Source: Sulfolobales archaeon HS-7 (GTDB lineage: Archaea > Thermoproteota > Thermoprotei_A > Sulfolobales > Sulfolobaceae). Taken from it: a stretch of DNA of 64,000 bases. The stretch is taken from NCBI GenBank assembly GCA_019704295.1, contig AP024596.1, positions 96,001-160,000 on the forward strand, written 5' to 3'. Every line of letters begins with the position of its first letter. Within the stretch, counting starts at the first letter, position 1. A program made the translations under genes and the position numbers. Below the pieces are notes generated by a model. That model made no database searches and was not told the origin of the DNA. It saw only the letters and a list, made by a program, of their open reading frames with translations. This document shows positions 39,669 through 49,353 of this stretch, one piece after another.

Positions 39669-40763
39669 TCATTTCCTCTCTTCACCTGTTATATACAGTA
39701 AAAGCAATAGCGCTAATGTCGTACATATAATCATGAAGATTTTACTCCATGTTATATTCATACTCTCTATTATTCCAAATACAATTCCTCCCAGGATTCC
39801 CGAAACCGCCTTACCCGTGTAGAGGAGGGCTGTATTTGACGTCGAAAACTTGGAACCGAATACGTCTCCAACTAGCGAGAAGTAAAGGGGAATCATAGAA
39901 CCGCCGAAAAATCCTATTAACACAGCGGAAGCAAAAATGTTCACAAATGAAAGCGCGGATGCTAGTATTATAATCAATTCCGATACTATAAGAGTTCTAG
40001 TTCTACCTAGTCTATCTGAGGCGTACCCAATAAGGGGTCTACCAATACCACTAAAAAAGGGAAAAACTGAGATTAATATCTCAATATCTTTGGCAGTAGA
40101 GAACGTGGTTAGCGATGATGACATTATAAGCAGCGGCGTAACAATCAGTATATATGAAAAATAAATAAACCACCATTTTTTATTTCTAACTATTGCTTTT
40201 GGCGAAAGACCTGATGTTTTGCCCTTTGGGAAATCCGATATCCACAACAAGGTCGGTAATGTAATCATTTCGATTAAACCGATGATAAGAGTGGGAAATC
40301 TGAAACTCAACTCTTCATATATAAAGGGATTAACGATAGTCGCTCCGAGACCGAATCCTAAGGAGACCAATCCAGTGGCGAACCCCCGTCTAGAGGAAAA
40401 CCACTTAATTGCCAAATTCGAGGCTATACCGTAGAGCACACCTTCACCTGAACTTCCTACCGACCAAAAAAAGTAGAATTGATAGAGGTTTTTCGAAAAC
40501 GACGTTCCGAGAAAACCTATTGACGACGCTATGGCCGAGACAGTACCTATTACTTTCGGACCTTTAATGTCTGCCCAACTACCTCCTATGAGTTGAAAGA
40601 CTGTAGAAAATATCGTAAAAAGGGAAAACGCCACGTCAAGCTGAACAACTCCAGTATCAAATCCTCTTTGAAAAAGGGGGAAAAACGCGTTCCATGAATA
40701 CTGATATAGAGAGTTAAAGCACATTACGGTGAAACCGACTAATAAAAAAATTCTCTTATCCAT
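39669..40763 (-). CDS. MFS transporter (OFA-like)
   Basis: YQYSWN.F, G.WADIKGPK, KWF..RRGFATG, GYASDRLGR, GDVFG.K....N. Confidence 0.87.
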   Translation of the reverse strand: MDKRIFLLVGFTVMCFNSLYQYSWNAFFPLFQRGFDTGVVQLDVAFSLFTIFSTVFQLIGGSWADIKGPKVIGTVSAIASSIGFLGTSFSKNLYQFYFFWSVGSSGEGVLYGIASNLAIKWFSSRRGFATGLVSLGFGLGATIVNPFIYEELSFRFPTLIIGLIEMITLPTLLWISDFPKGKTSGLSPKAIVRNKKWWFIYFSYILIVTPLLIMSSSLTTFSTAKDIEILISVFPFFSGIGRPLIGYASDRLGRTRTLIVSELIIILASALSFVNIFASAVLIGFFGGSMIPLYFSLVGDVFGSKFSTSNTALLYTGKAVSGILGGIVFGIIESMNITWSKIFMIICTTLALLLLLYITGEERK

Positions 40764-40791
40764 GAAACAGTTAACAACACGTAGTGCCTAA

Positions 40792-40950
40792 ATGTGTTGT
40801 GTTTCCTTATTAAGGTTTTCAGAAAAACATTTTTTACATGCGATTGTCTACTGGGATTAATGAATTCGATAAGTTAATAGAGGGGGAATTCCCCACGGTT
40901 TTCTCGTTGCCGTTACCGGAGAGCCTAAGATTGGAAAAACCATATTCTCC
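40792..40950 (+). repeat. 159-bp perfect direct repeat, left copy (promoter plus kaiC-like 5' end)
   Basis: Identical by eye to 42914-43072. Confidence 0.92.
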
Positions 40951-41069
40951 TTAGCGCTATTTCGCCAAAAATCTTACCTAACAGTGTCCAATGTGCAACT
41001 AATGTTAATCTAAAACTAAATTTATAGATGTAGGAACAACTCGCCTTATAACACTCAATTAGGATAGTA

Positions 41070-41300
41070 ATACATGCAGATTGCCAGAGGTCGAACACCT
41101 ATGCTAATCTCTTGAGCTTACAATATTCGGCGGTTTAGAACCCTCACAAAACGTTTGACTTATCCCGCTAGGAAAGCTCATTTGATAATCCGTAACACAT
41201 TTCTACTTTCCGCACTTTATCGGAAATTAGCTAATTTCTACTTCTATTAGCGGGATTTTGATGTATTTTTGAAATTGTCTCATTTTTGATAAAATTGACT
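41070..41300 (+). repeat. Dispersed repeat family B, copy 2 (internally deleted)
   Basis: Matches 9020-9090 and 43790-43890; AATTAGCTAATTTC...GATTTT...TATTTT.GAAATTGT matches 44080-44156. Confidence 0.6.
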
Positions 41301-41636
41301 CCATATTAATCCACGTTTTACAACTTTCTGTTCATGTCTCTATTGACATTAATTACGCATTGGATAATATCTCGTAACGACTACTACAAATTCCGAAGGG
41401 AAGGGTCTTCCACTTTCTTTATAATGTAGAATCAATACTTGAGACCACGAAAACCTTATCTTCTAAATTCCCTAAGGCTAGATAAAAGGACCTTTACACG
41501 ATCTTAACTCTCTTATCTTGTGCTCTACAATTCTATAAGTAATTATTGAAAAAGAGCATTAATGTGAATGAGTGTTAGATGATATTTCCTGCCGTTAGGT
41601 CTAAAGGCTTTTTACGACAAAGTCTAATGTTGTTTT

Positions 41637-42011
41637 GTGGCAGAACACTTAAAGAGAAATGCGTTAGACTTCTTCGGCGAGTCTGAGCTAGACATCAAGA
41701 GGGGTAAATACAACTTAGCCATGTTCCACTTAGAACATGCACTACAACTGGCTTTTAAATATACACTGTTCCAGCTTAAGGGCAGCTTCGAAAAGACGCA
41801 CGACATCATTAGGTTACTCGACGAGGTTATTGAGCTGACCAATAATGAGAGATTACGGAATGTGAGAGATGAGGAGGCAACCACGCTCGAGGTAATAAGG
41901 GACTCATATATAACTTCCAGGTACTTTCCCTACTCAGTAGACAGGCTGGTAGTTGAGAGAGCGTATAATGTGGTCAAGGCGATATTAGATGAGCTCAAAC
42001 TGGTGGAATAG
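41637..42011 (+). CDS. HEPN domain protein
   Basis: G.YNLA.FHLE.A.QL..K, KTHDI..L, Y..SRY motifs. Confidence 0.9.
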   Translation: MAEHLKRNALDFFGESELDIKRGKYNLAMFHLEHALQLAFKYTLFQLKGSFEKTHDIIRLLDEVIELTNNERLRNVRDEEATTLEVIRDSYITSRYFPYSVDRLVVERAYNVVKAILDELKLVE

Positions 42012-42321
42012 GAGGAAGGAGATTCTAGCTCACGCTAGGGAGTATGTGAGGGAAATAAAGAGGATATGTGTGGAAAAGATAGACCCTGACTGCAGGGTTA
42101 TACTCTTTGGCTCGGTAGTCAGGGGGAATTACAGAGCAGACAGTGACATCGATGTGTTGTTAGTCATAGAGTTGGCGGATGACGTGTGGAAGAGGGCTGA
42201 GGTAGCCTTAAAGATCCACAGAGAGTTGGGGTTTAGCGACCCATTAGAACTCCACATAGTAACTCCCCGTATTTATGAGGAGTGGTATAAGAGGTTTATT
42301 GACGTCTACGAGGAGTTTTAG
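41989..42321 (+). CDS. Minimal nucleotidyltransferase (MNT)
   Basis: ILFGSVVRGNYRADSDIDVL (GS-X10-DXD); overlaps the HEPN gene. Confidence 0.9.
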   Translation: MSSNWWNRRKEILAHAREYVREIKRICVEKIDPDCRVILFGSVVRGNYRADSDIDVLLVIELADDVWKRAEVALKIHRELGFSDPLELHIVTPRIYEEWYKRFIDVYEEF

Positions 42322-42710
42322 GACTGTAACTCTCTCGTATATTAGGTAAGGTACATAGGGGCATCTTCTCTGCTTAGGCTTCGCAAAAAGATGCGAGTGA
42401 ATCACAAAAGTGTTCGGAAGTGAATTGTAGGGAGTAGTTTTGCGTAGTGATTTATAAGTTTGTGAGCCACTCCTTACTAAATAAGAGAGCTTCCCCCTTC
42501 GTAGGTCCGTGTTGTTGGTGGTATAAGACTTAATAGATTCTGATGATATCTCAAACATCGCAGCGAACTTAACGTTGGCGTCCCGCACTGGACTACTGAT
42601 AAAAGCAGAGGCCTATCGTCTCGATCTTCGTTTAGGCCTCTAAGTGACGCTTACACCTTATGGATTGTCATTATTAGTATCCGTGTCTTTTTTCGTAGTT
42701 AGGTACCAAA

Positions 42711-42775
42711 GCTATCCATTTTCATCTTAAAAGGTGGAGATTTTGGCCCTTTCGAACCCCTTCACTTGTAAAAGA
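42711..42775 (-). mobile_element. IS200/IS605-family end remnant (inverted)
   Basis: rc reads AAGGGGTTCGAAAGGGCCAAAATCTCCACC...ATGGATAGC, matching the motif at 605-660. Confidence 0.5.
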
Positions 42776-42913
42776 GCGTCGAGTTAAAAGCGAGCTGGAG
42801 CCATTATCCTCATTGCGTTAATCAATGGGCAAGGTCTCTAAGGTGAGAGTTTGAGCGAAACCGACCAATAAAAGATCCTGTCTATGAGACAGTTAACACC
42901 TTGTGGCACCTTT

Positions 42914-43072
42914 ATGTGTTGTGTTTCCTTATTAAGGTTTTCAGAAAAACATTTTTTACATGCGATTGTCTACTGGGATTAATGAATTCGATAAGTTAAT
43001 AGAGGGGGAATTCCCCACGGTTTTCTCGTTGCCGTTACCGGAGAGCCTAAGATTGGAAAAACCATATTCTCC
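42914..43072 (+). repeat. 159-bp perfect direct repeat, right copy
   Basis: Identical by eye to 40792-40950. Confidence 0.92.
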
Positions 43073-43675
43073 CTCAGTTTCATAAATTAGGGACTCCAAG
43101 AGGGAGATATTTGCATTTACGTTACTACGGAGGAGAGTAGAGATTCTATAATAAGACAGGCGAATCAATTCGGATGGGATTTGGAAAAACATTTCGGGGA
43201 GAGACTAATAATTATTGATGCCTTAATGAGAGAAAGAGAGGACGAGTGGTCAATTATTAACGTTACTCCTGAGGAAATCATTCAAAAAGTTATTGATGGA
43301 AAACAAAAACTTGGAAGCGGTAGAACTAGGCTGGTAATAGACTCGATAAGTGCTCTATTCCTTGATAAGCCGGCAATGGCGCGAAAGATAAGTTACCAGA
43401 TGAAAAGAATATTGGCAAAATGGCATTTCACTACAATAGTCACGTCCCAATATGCTATTACAACATCGCAGGCATTTGGGTTTGGAGTTGAACATGTAGC
43501 AGACGGGATAATAAGATTCAGAAGAGTGGTTAAGGAGGGGAGGCTAGTCAAGTACGTTTTGATTGAAAAGATGAGGCAAACTGATCATGATAGGTATGTA
43601 TGGGAGCTAGAGATCGTAAAAGGAAAAGGATTGGTTATCTTGAAAAGACTTGAGGAGCGAAAAGAGGACTTTTAG
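42960..43675 (+). pseudogene. KaiC/RecA-superfamily ATPase (aRadC-like) pseudogene
   Basis: MRLSTGINEFDKLIEG, frameshift in the G5 run at 43004-43008, GIPHG..VAVTGEPKIGKT, in-frame TAG at 43088, then YVTTEES...RLVIDS...VEHVADGII...IEKMRQT. Confidence 0.88.
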
Positions 43676-43789
43676 TCTTTTAGACACGAAGGCAAAAGAG
43701 GATAATTTCAACTACTCGTTTTCTATTCCAATCCTTGCTTATTTCTCATTCATACTATCACAGAATACAATTCAAGCGAATAATTACCT

Positions 43790-44156
43790 AAGTGCGGATC
43801 ATTAGAGAATGAACGCCCTTGTTAACTTCATCGCTCATAATATCCGACGGTTCAGTATTATAGGTAGACGCATAACTTCTCGTGTCAGAAAAGTTGGGTT
43901 TCCCTAACCTTAATCTCTACGACCATAACTAAATGAACTTATTTTATATCATTACCCTCCTCGTAATTAAATGAATCTAATTCTGAATAAACGTGTTTCG
44001 TAACTTTTTAGTTTATCTGGTTATTTACTTCAATTACTGACTTTTTATCAAAAAAACCGAACCTTTTCCGCCTCATCATAAATTTAGCTAATTTCCACTC
44101 CTGCCAACGAGATTTTCCACTATTTTCGAAATTGTAGTATTTTTAGTAAAATTGGC
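43790..44156 (+). repeat. Dispersed repeat family B, copy 3 (longest)
   Basis: Contains the segments shared with both 9015-9260 and 41070-41300. Confidence 0.65.
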
Positions 44157-44212
44157 ATAACGTCATTGCTTATATGTAAAGAATTTAAGCTTGTCCTAAA
44201 ATCCCATTAGCT

Positions 44213-45295
44213 ATGCAAAAAGACGTCTACAGTATAGCGTTCTCCGCTTTTTTCGCTGATTTAGGTTATCAGGCTGTTCTCGCAGCCTTGCCTCTTTACT
44301 TAGTAGTTATACTTCACGCTCCGATCTACCTCTATGGAATTGCAGAGGGACTCAACTACGGGGTCGGATCTATTTTCTCAACTCTTGGTGGAAAACTATC
44401 AGACAAATATAGTAGTAAAAAGGTTGCGTTACTGGGAAATTCGCTTATACCATTACTATCCTTAACCGCACTGACTTTTAATCCGATACTCGCAGTAATT
44501 CTTTTTGCTACCGGATGGTGGTTCAGAAATTTCAGAACGCCCGCTAGAAGGAAAATGTTGGCGTCAGTCACTTCAGCAAAAGAGAGAAGCGAGGCTTACG
44601 GAATACTACACGCCCTTGATCTCGGCGGGGGCGCATTAGCTGTTACTTACCTCGTCTTATCTCTTTATCTGGGTATATCGTTAAGACTCGTTTTGCTTTT
44701 TACAGTAATTCCCTTAATAGTCTCAACTTTAGTCCTTTTAATTCCAAAAGTTAGGCAAGTTGAAAAAGGAGAAAGTCCCATTGGAAAAAGCATAGTTAAG
44801 AGGGTGTTAGTAGCTGCCGCTCTTTTCGGATTCAGCTATTACAGCTTTGGATTTCCTATCTTATCTGTCTATTCTAGCTCAGGTAAACTTTACCTAGCAG
44901 CGGCGACCTATGCCTTCTTCTTATTCTCCTCCGCTCTAACGGGCTATGTTATTGGTAAAGTAAAAAGGAATCCTACTAGGATGTTAGGGTTAGGCTACGT
45001 AGTAGCTGCCATAGGTAGCTTAGGATTTGAAGTTCTCAGATCTCTCCCTCTACTGTACATATCCGCTCTCATTATAGGCATCGGGGCGGGATTTGTGGAG
45101 ACATTCGAACCTACTATAATTTCCCTATATTCGGAGAAAACTGGAACTGGACTGGGATACTTATCATCAGCCAGAAGCATCGGACTTTTCTTCGGGAATG
45201 TAATAATGGGTATATTATTCACAATCGATCTGGCCTACTGGTACGCCTTTGCCGTATCTCTCATTGCGTCGTTAGTGGTTTTTTCAATATCCTAA
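44213..45295 (+). CDS. MFS transporter
   Basis: SAFFADLGY, GGKLSDKY, R.P.R...LA, AYG.LHALD.GG. Confidence 0.87.
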   Translation: MQKDVYSIAFSAFFADLGYQAVLAALPLYLVVILHAPIYLYGIAEGLNYGVGSIFSTLGGKLSDKYSSKKVALLGNSLIPLLSLTALTFNPILAVILFATGWWFRNFRTPARRKMLASVTSAKERSEAYGILHALDLGGGALAVTYLVLSLYLGISLRLVLLFTVIPLIVSTLVLLIPKVRQVEKGESPIGKSIVKRVLVAAALFGFSYYSFGFPILSVYSSSGKLYLAAATYAFFLFSSALTGYVIGKVKRNPTRMLGLGYVVAAIGSLGFEVLRSLPLLYISALIIGIGAGFVETFEPTIISLYSEKTGTGLGYLSSARSIGLFFGNVIMGILFTIDLAYWYAFAVSLIASLVVFSIS

Positions 45296-45337
45296 ATACA
45301 CGTTAAACGCTTTAACCGTTAATTACAGGTATAAAAA

Positions 45338-46354
45338 ATGGACTCAGTGTGTATAGCTACTCCGTCCTTCCCGCCTATTTTAGGAGGCGGTGAGGTTCAC
45401 GCTTACCAAATAGCGAAGGCATTTAGTTCAATGGGGATTAGGGTAGAAGTACATACTTTGGGAAAATCTAGAACGGTGGATCAGCTATCAGTTGTGGGAC
45501 ACAGATTCGCGTGGAGGTGCGATTCCCTTCCCGTGTATTTGAACGGTCTAGCCATGTCTAGAAGAAGCTTCATTTGGAACTTGTACACCCTTACGAAAAG
45601 CGGATACGTGTTTACACCACATAATAGCGTAGAAGCCCTTTCACAAAGAGGATACAGGTGGCTTGGTGTGTCAATAGCAAATAAAGCATGCAAGATTATA
45701 GCAGTAAATGAATGGGAGAAAATGAAAATAGAGTCCCTTGGGGTAACTAGGGAGAAAATTGTGGTGATACCAAACGGTCTCCCCGATATGGCCATAAAGA
45801 AACCTGTAACTAAAGAGGTTGGAGATTATTTACTATATATTGCAAGGGTGTCTCCTGGGAAAAACCAATTATCCATAATTAAGGTAATGGATAAGGTAGA
45901 TCTAAAGCTATATATGATAGGGCCCATTGCTAACCAAAACTACTTCAATGAAATTGTAAGGGAAATTAAGTCAAGGAGACTTGAGGATAAAGTAAAATAC
46001 TTAGGAGTAGTCAGCGATGAGGAAAAATACGAGCTTATCGACAAATCGTTCGCAGCAATTTTATTTTCGAATACGGAAGAGGCAGAGGGAATAGCAGTAA
46101 AAGAGGCTATGGCTAGAGGAAAGCCAGTGATAGTATCTGCTAACGGAGCTCTTCCTTTTTTGGTGAAAAACGGTGATAATGGAATAGTTATACATAATGA
46201 AGAGGAGCTTCCTAATGCAATAGAGGAATTGAAGAATTCCACCTTAAGGGAAAGAATTGCAGAAAATAACATAAAACATCCTGCAATAATGACATGGGAT
46301 GAGGTCGCACATAGAGTATATTCGGTATTAATGAAATGTTATAGCAACTCTTAG
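45338..46354 (+). CDS. GT4 glycosyltransferase
   Basis: GGGEVH, TPH, VIPNG, R...GKN, EAEGIAVKEAMARGKPVI. Confidence 0.9.
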   Translation: MDSVCIATPSFPPILGGGEVHAYQIAKAFSSMGIRVEVHTLGKSRTVDQLSVVGHRFAWRCDSLPVYLNGLAMSRRSFIWNLYTLTKSGYVFTPHNSVEALSQRGYRWLGVSIANKACKIIAVNEWEKMKIESLGVTREKIVVIPNGLPDMAIKKPVTKEVGDYLLYIARVSPGKNQLSIIKVMDKVDLKLYMIGPIANQNYFNEIVREIKSRRLEDKVKYLGVVSDEEKYELIDKSFAAILFSNTEEAEGIAVKEAMARGKPVIVSANGALPFLVKNGDNGIVIHNEEELPNAIEELKNSTLRERIAENNIKHPAIMTWDEVAHRVYSVLMKCYSNS

Positions 46355-46863
46355 GAACTCAAAGATAACTGCTTTTTCGATTCGTTTCCTAAGCACAATA
46401 TAGTGTAAGGAATTTCTTAGTACATTTTAGGTCATATTCTCTGAATTCAATGGCACAAACCATATCAGCAACCAAATTTGTCATTTGGACCATTAAGGGG
46501 ATAGCGATTTCCTGCGTTTCAAGTGAATTACTTTGTGGGACGATTTAACATTAGAACTCTAAATGCTAAAAGACTCGCCTCTTTGAGAGAATTCACTATT
46601 TCGTTAGTTTCTGGGGATAATCGACTTAACTAGTTTCTTGAACTTCCGCTTAAGTTAATTAGTGTCAACCAAATATTGGGGTATAGTTTGCAAGGTAATT
46701 ACATAACGAGGTAATTTACTAAAAAATAGCGAACTTTCCATACTGCGTTTCCAAGGCATGATTTGAAACCCTGGGAATATTAATATATTGAGAGACTCTC
46801 CTAATGTTCTATAAATGTCTAGTGAGAAAAACTTAATAATTTTATCGATATGAGAATATTCTG

Positions 46864-47331
46864 ATGACAATAATAGTTAGGAAGGTTCACTCTAAGGGCG
46901 GGAAGCACGTATGGATGAGAGTAGGAGAAAGCCCTCCTATAGTTAGAGATGGTAGGATAAAGGAAGGGGCATTCTTCATCGTTATCGGCGACGACACTGG
47001 AGATAAAAGTATAAGATTATCGGATGAGGAAGCGCTAGACATAGCGAACAGGATAATATCTTCATATAACAGTCACATTAGGGAATACAGGCTATTGGAT
47101 AAAAAGACCTATGCTGAATACAAAATGAAGATGGAGTCTGAGGATGATGACACGGAGGAGAATATTGGACGTGAAGTCCTAGAGTTTCTCCTGTTACATA
47201 ACGGGAAAAGTACGATAGAGGATATTAGGAATCAGTTGGGTACGAGGTATGCAGACTCTCTATCTTATTTAGAGAGAAGAGGGCTTGTATCAATAAAGGA
47301 AAATGTAGTTTCAATTAAACTAAACTCATAA
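46864..47331 (+). CDS. Hypothetical protein with C-terminal wHTH-like domain
   Basis: N-terminal beta-rich domain plus helix, acidic linker, EFL..H.GK.TIEDI...L.YLE.RGLV.I. Confidence 0.7.
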   Translation: MTIIVRKVHSKGGKHVWMRVGESPPIVRDGRIKEGAFFIVIGDDTGDKSIRLSDEEALDIANRIISSYNSHIREYRLLDKKTYAEYKMKMESEDDDTEENIGREVLEFLLLHNGKSTIEDIRNQLGTRYADSLSYLERRGLVSIKENVVSIKLNS

Positions 47332-47394
47332 ATAATATACTCATTCTTTGCAGTCGGCTAAAAAAATCCCCCTTAGGAAATGTTCGTGAATTGC

Positions 47395-47544
47395 TCACGT
47401 GTTGATTGTGAATTCAGTTTATTTAGAAAAATAAAATGAATTCAATTGAATGCGATCGTATACACTAATAGGGGTTCACACTTAATAATTTTTTATTTAA
47501 TACTGTTTTATAATAATTACAATTTATAATCAAAACCTGAATGG
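47395..47544 (+). repeat. Dispersed repeat family A, copy 3
   Basis: TCACGTGTTGATTGTGAATTCAGTTTATTTAGAAAAATAAAATGAATT... colinear with 7544-7695; arms 47404-47414 and 47521-47531. Confidence 0.85.
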
Positions 47545-47823
47545 TGATGTTCGTATTAACTGATATTCCCCAAACTTGCCATAAAGTTTACAACCGCCAA
47601 TTTGGATTCCTAAGTATCGAATACACACTTTGACATTTTTCTAGGTTTTAGGTAACTAGCGTTGACAGATGTCTGAATGAACTTTTTGGAATTGAAACTT
47701 CTCTATCGTTTCACCCTAAATGTAATCGAAGTTTCGAAACTTATGAAAACTCAGTGCTCTCGATAAGACTAAGTTGAAAAATTTGGGAAAAACAATATAT
47801 ATATATTGTGAATGCATCGTATT

Positions 47824-48195
47824 ATGAGTAGCAGACAAGTGGTTTATTCAGCTCTAAGATATGTAACAGCAGTTCTTTTTGTAGCTTGGGCAGCAATACA
47901 TCTTTACCTTTATTCCGACCTGATAAAAATCCTTCCTATTGTTGCATACTTTTTTGTGATAGACGCAATATTGTCTCTCATAGGCGCAGTTGTATTTATA
48001 ATCGGGTTGAGAATACTTTACATTCCATCATTAATTTTTAGTTGGGCTAACTACCTTTTGCTGACGGAATCAAGGGTATATCCTGCACCATTCCTGGGAT
48101 TTCCGTTACCAGCTATCAACGTATACGTTATTTCAACGCTGATAATAGACGTGTTGTTAATAATAATAATAACTATTATTGAAATTATTACATAA
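47824..48195 (+). CDS. Small 4-TM membrane protein, paralog of 5654..6046
   Basis: WAAIH, LYIP, SWANYLLLTESRVYPAPFLGFPL. Confidence 0.7.
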   Translation: MSSRQVVYSALRYVTAVLFVAWAAIHLYLYSDLIKILPIVAYFFVIDAILSLIGAVVFIIGLRILYIPSLIFSWANYLLLTESRVYPAPFLGFPLPAINVYVISTLIIDVLLIIIITIIEIIT

Positions 48196-48245
48196 GCTCT
48201 CTAATTGTTTAGTTTATCATTATTCATCAACATCAAGGGCTCGTC

Positions 48246-48296
48246 TATACACTATTTAGGAAGTATATACGCTATTTAGGAAGTAAAAACGCTTTA
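48246..48296. repeat. Tandem 20-bp repeat (~2.5 copies)
   Basis: TATACACTATTTAGGAAGTA / TATACGCTATTTAGGAAGTA / AAAACGCTTTA. Confidence 0.75.
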
Positions 48297-48310
48297 TCAA
48301 GGATTTACTA

Positions 48311-49027
48311 TTACGCAATTTGAATTTGTTTGCTTAAGAGATTTCCCATATCATAATTTGATATCTCGTAGCTCTTCACCCTTATACCGTCCAATGGCAT
48401 CTGCTGGAGAGATAGTATAATTAAGTAACCTTCTCTTCTGGTCGCAAAGTTAAAAACTGCTGAGTCTGCATATCTATCGTATACATCCTTTGATCCAACT
48501 TTAATAGCGTAAAGGTACGGAAACTTGGATAGATCCATAATCGGGAGGATCCTTACGAACTTCCCTAAAAGGAACCTTATATGTCGTCCTGTAGCTCTAG
48601 GACTAAGAGAGACTAACGTGGCCAACTCTTTTTCCATCGCAGACGGATTCCTTTTTAGCGCCTCTATCAATATTTGATCTTTATCTGAAAGGGCAAAGTA
48701 TTCCTCTCTTTTTATCTCTATTCCGTCTTTAACCTCGTCTACAGATTCATATATCACTTGTCCGTTCTCAAGTTCGAAAAGAATCGAGTAACGATTAGGT
48801 CTCTTAAATGTTATCCATTTCGACTTCTGATAAACCAAAGGATCTACGTACGTTACGAATCCAGTAATAATTCCCTCGTTAATTGCCCTCTTCATGTGAT
48901 AATTTAGCATGCTACGTGAGATTCCCAGAGCTCTTGCCATTTCTGCAGGTTTCATTTTCCCTTCTTTTAACAAGTATGTTAATATTGAAACAAATGGGGA
49001 TTCCCTCGATAACCTAATGGATTGCAT
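48311..49027 (-). CDS. Lrp/AsnC-like regulator with two HTH modules
   Basis: EMARALGISRS.L.YH...GII.GF...VDP; second HTH D..LIEAL.RNP....ELA; TTTATAAA box upstream of ATG 49027. Confidence 0.75.
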   Translation of the reverse strand: MQSIRLSRESPFVSILTYLLKEGKMKPAEMARALGISRSMLNYHMKRAINEGIITGFVTYVDPLVYQKSKWITFKRPNRYSILFELENGQVIYESVDEVKDGIEIKREEYFALSDKDQILIEALKRNPSAMEKELATLVSLSPRATGRHIRFLLGKFVRILPIMDLSKFPYLYAIKVGSKDVYDRYADSAVFNFATRREGYLIILSLQQMPLDGIRVKSYEISNYDMGNLLSKQIQIA

Positions 49028-49353
49028 AATACTTCTACCGTCCAATACTTTATAAAGTGTAATAGAAAAAAAGTCCTTTTTTTCCATATAAGACCATTTT
49101 CAGATTGTTAAGAATAAACAAATTATCTAAAACAAATAATGAAGAAATCGCTTTATACTTCTTACAAGTGGCCTAATATGTCTTTAAAAATATGTATTCA
49201 TAACTCATCTCATTAATACAAAAATGTTTATTCATTAAATCAGTAAATAATTGAACTAATATTCTTGAAGCTAAATCGTCAAAAGCGGATAGCTTACGGA
49301 AAGGACTGAGAGTCTTTCTTTCAAGCGATTTGTAAAGGATATTAGGACGCTTT

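Noticed and set aside
42244-42588. 114-aa minus-strand ORF; ISSESIKSY resembles an IS200 TnpA C-terminus
   Set aside because: Similarity too short, no HUH motif, and it overlaps the MNT gene; at most a scrap
43088-43090. Programmed TAG readthrough or pyrrolysine in the kaiC-like gene
   Set aside because: A co-occurring frameshift and degenerate Walker A point to ordinary pseudogenisation; no pyl genes in the window
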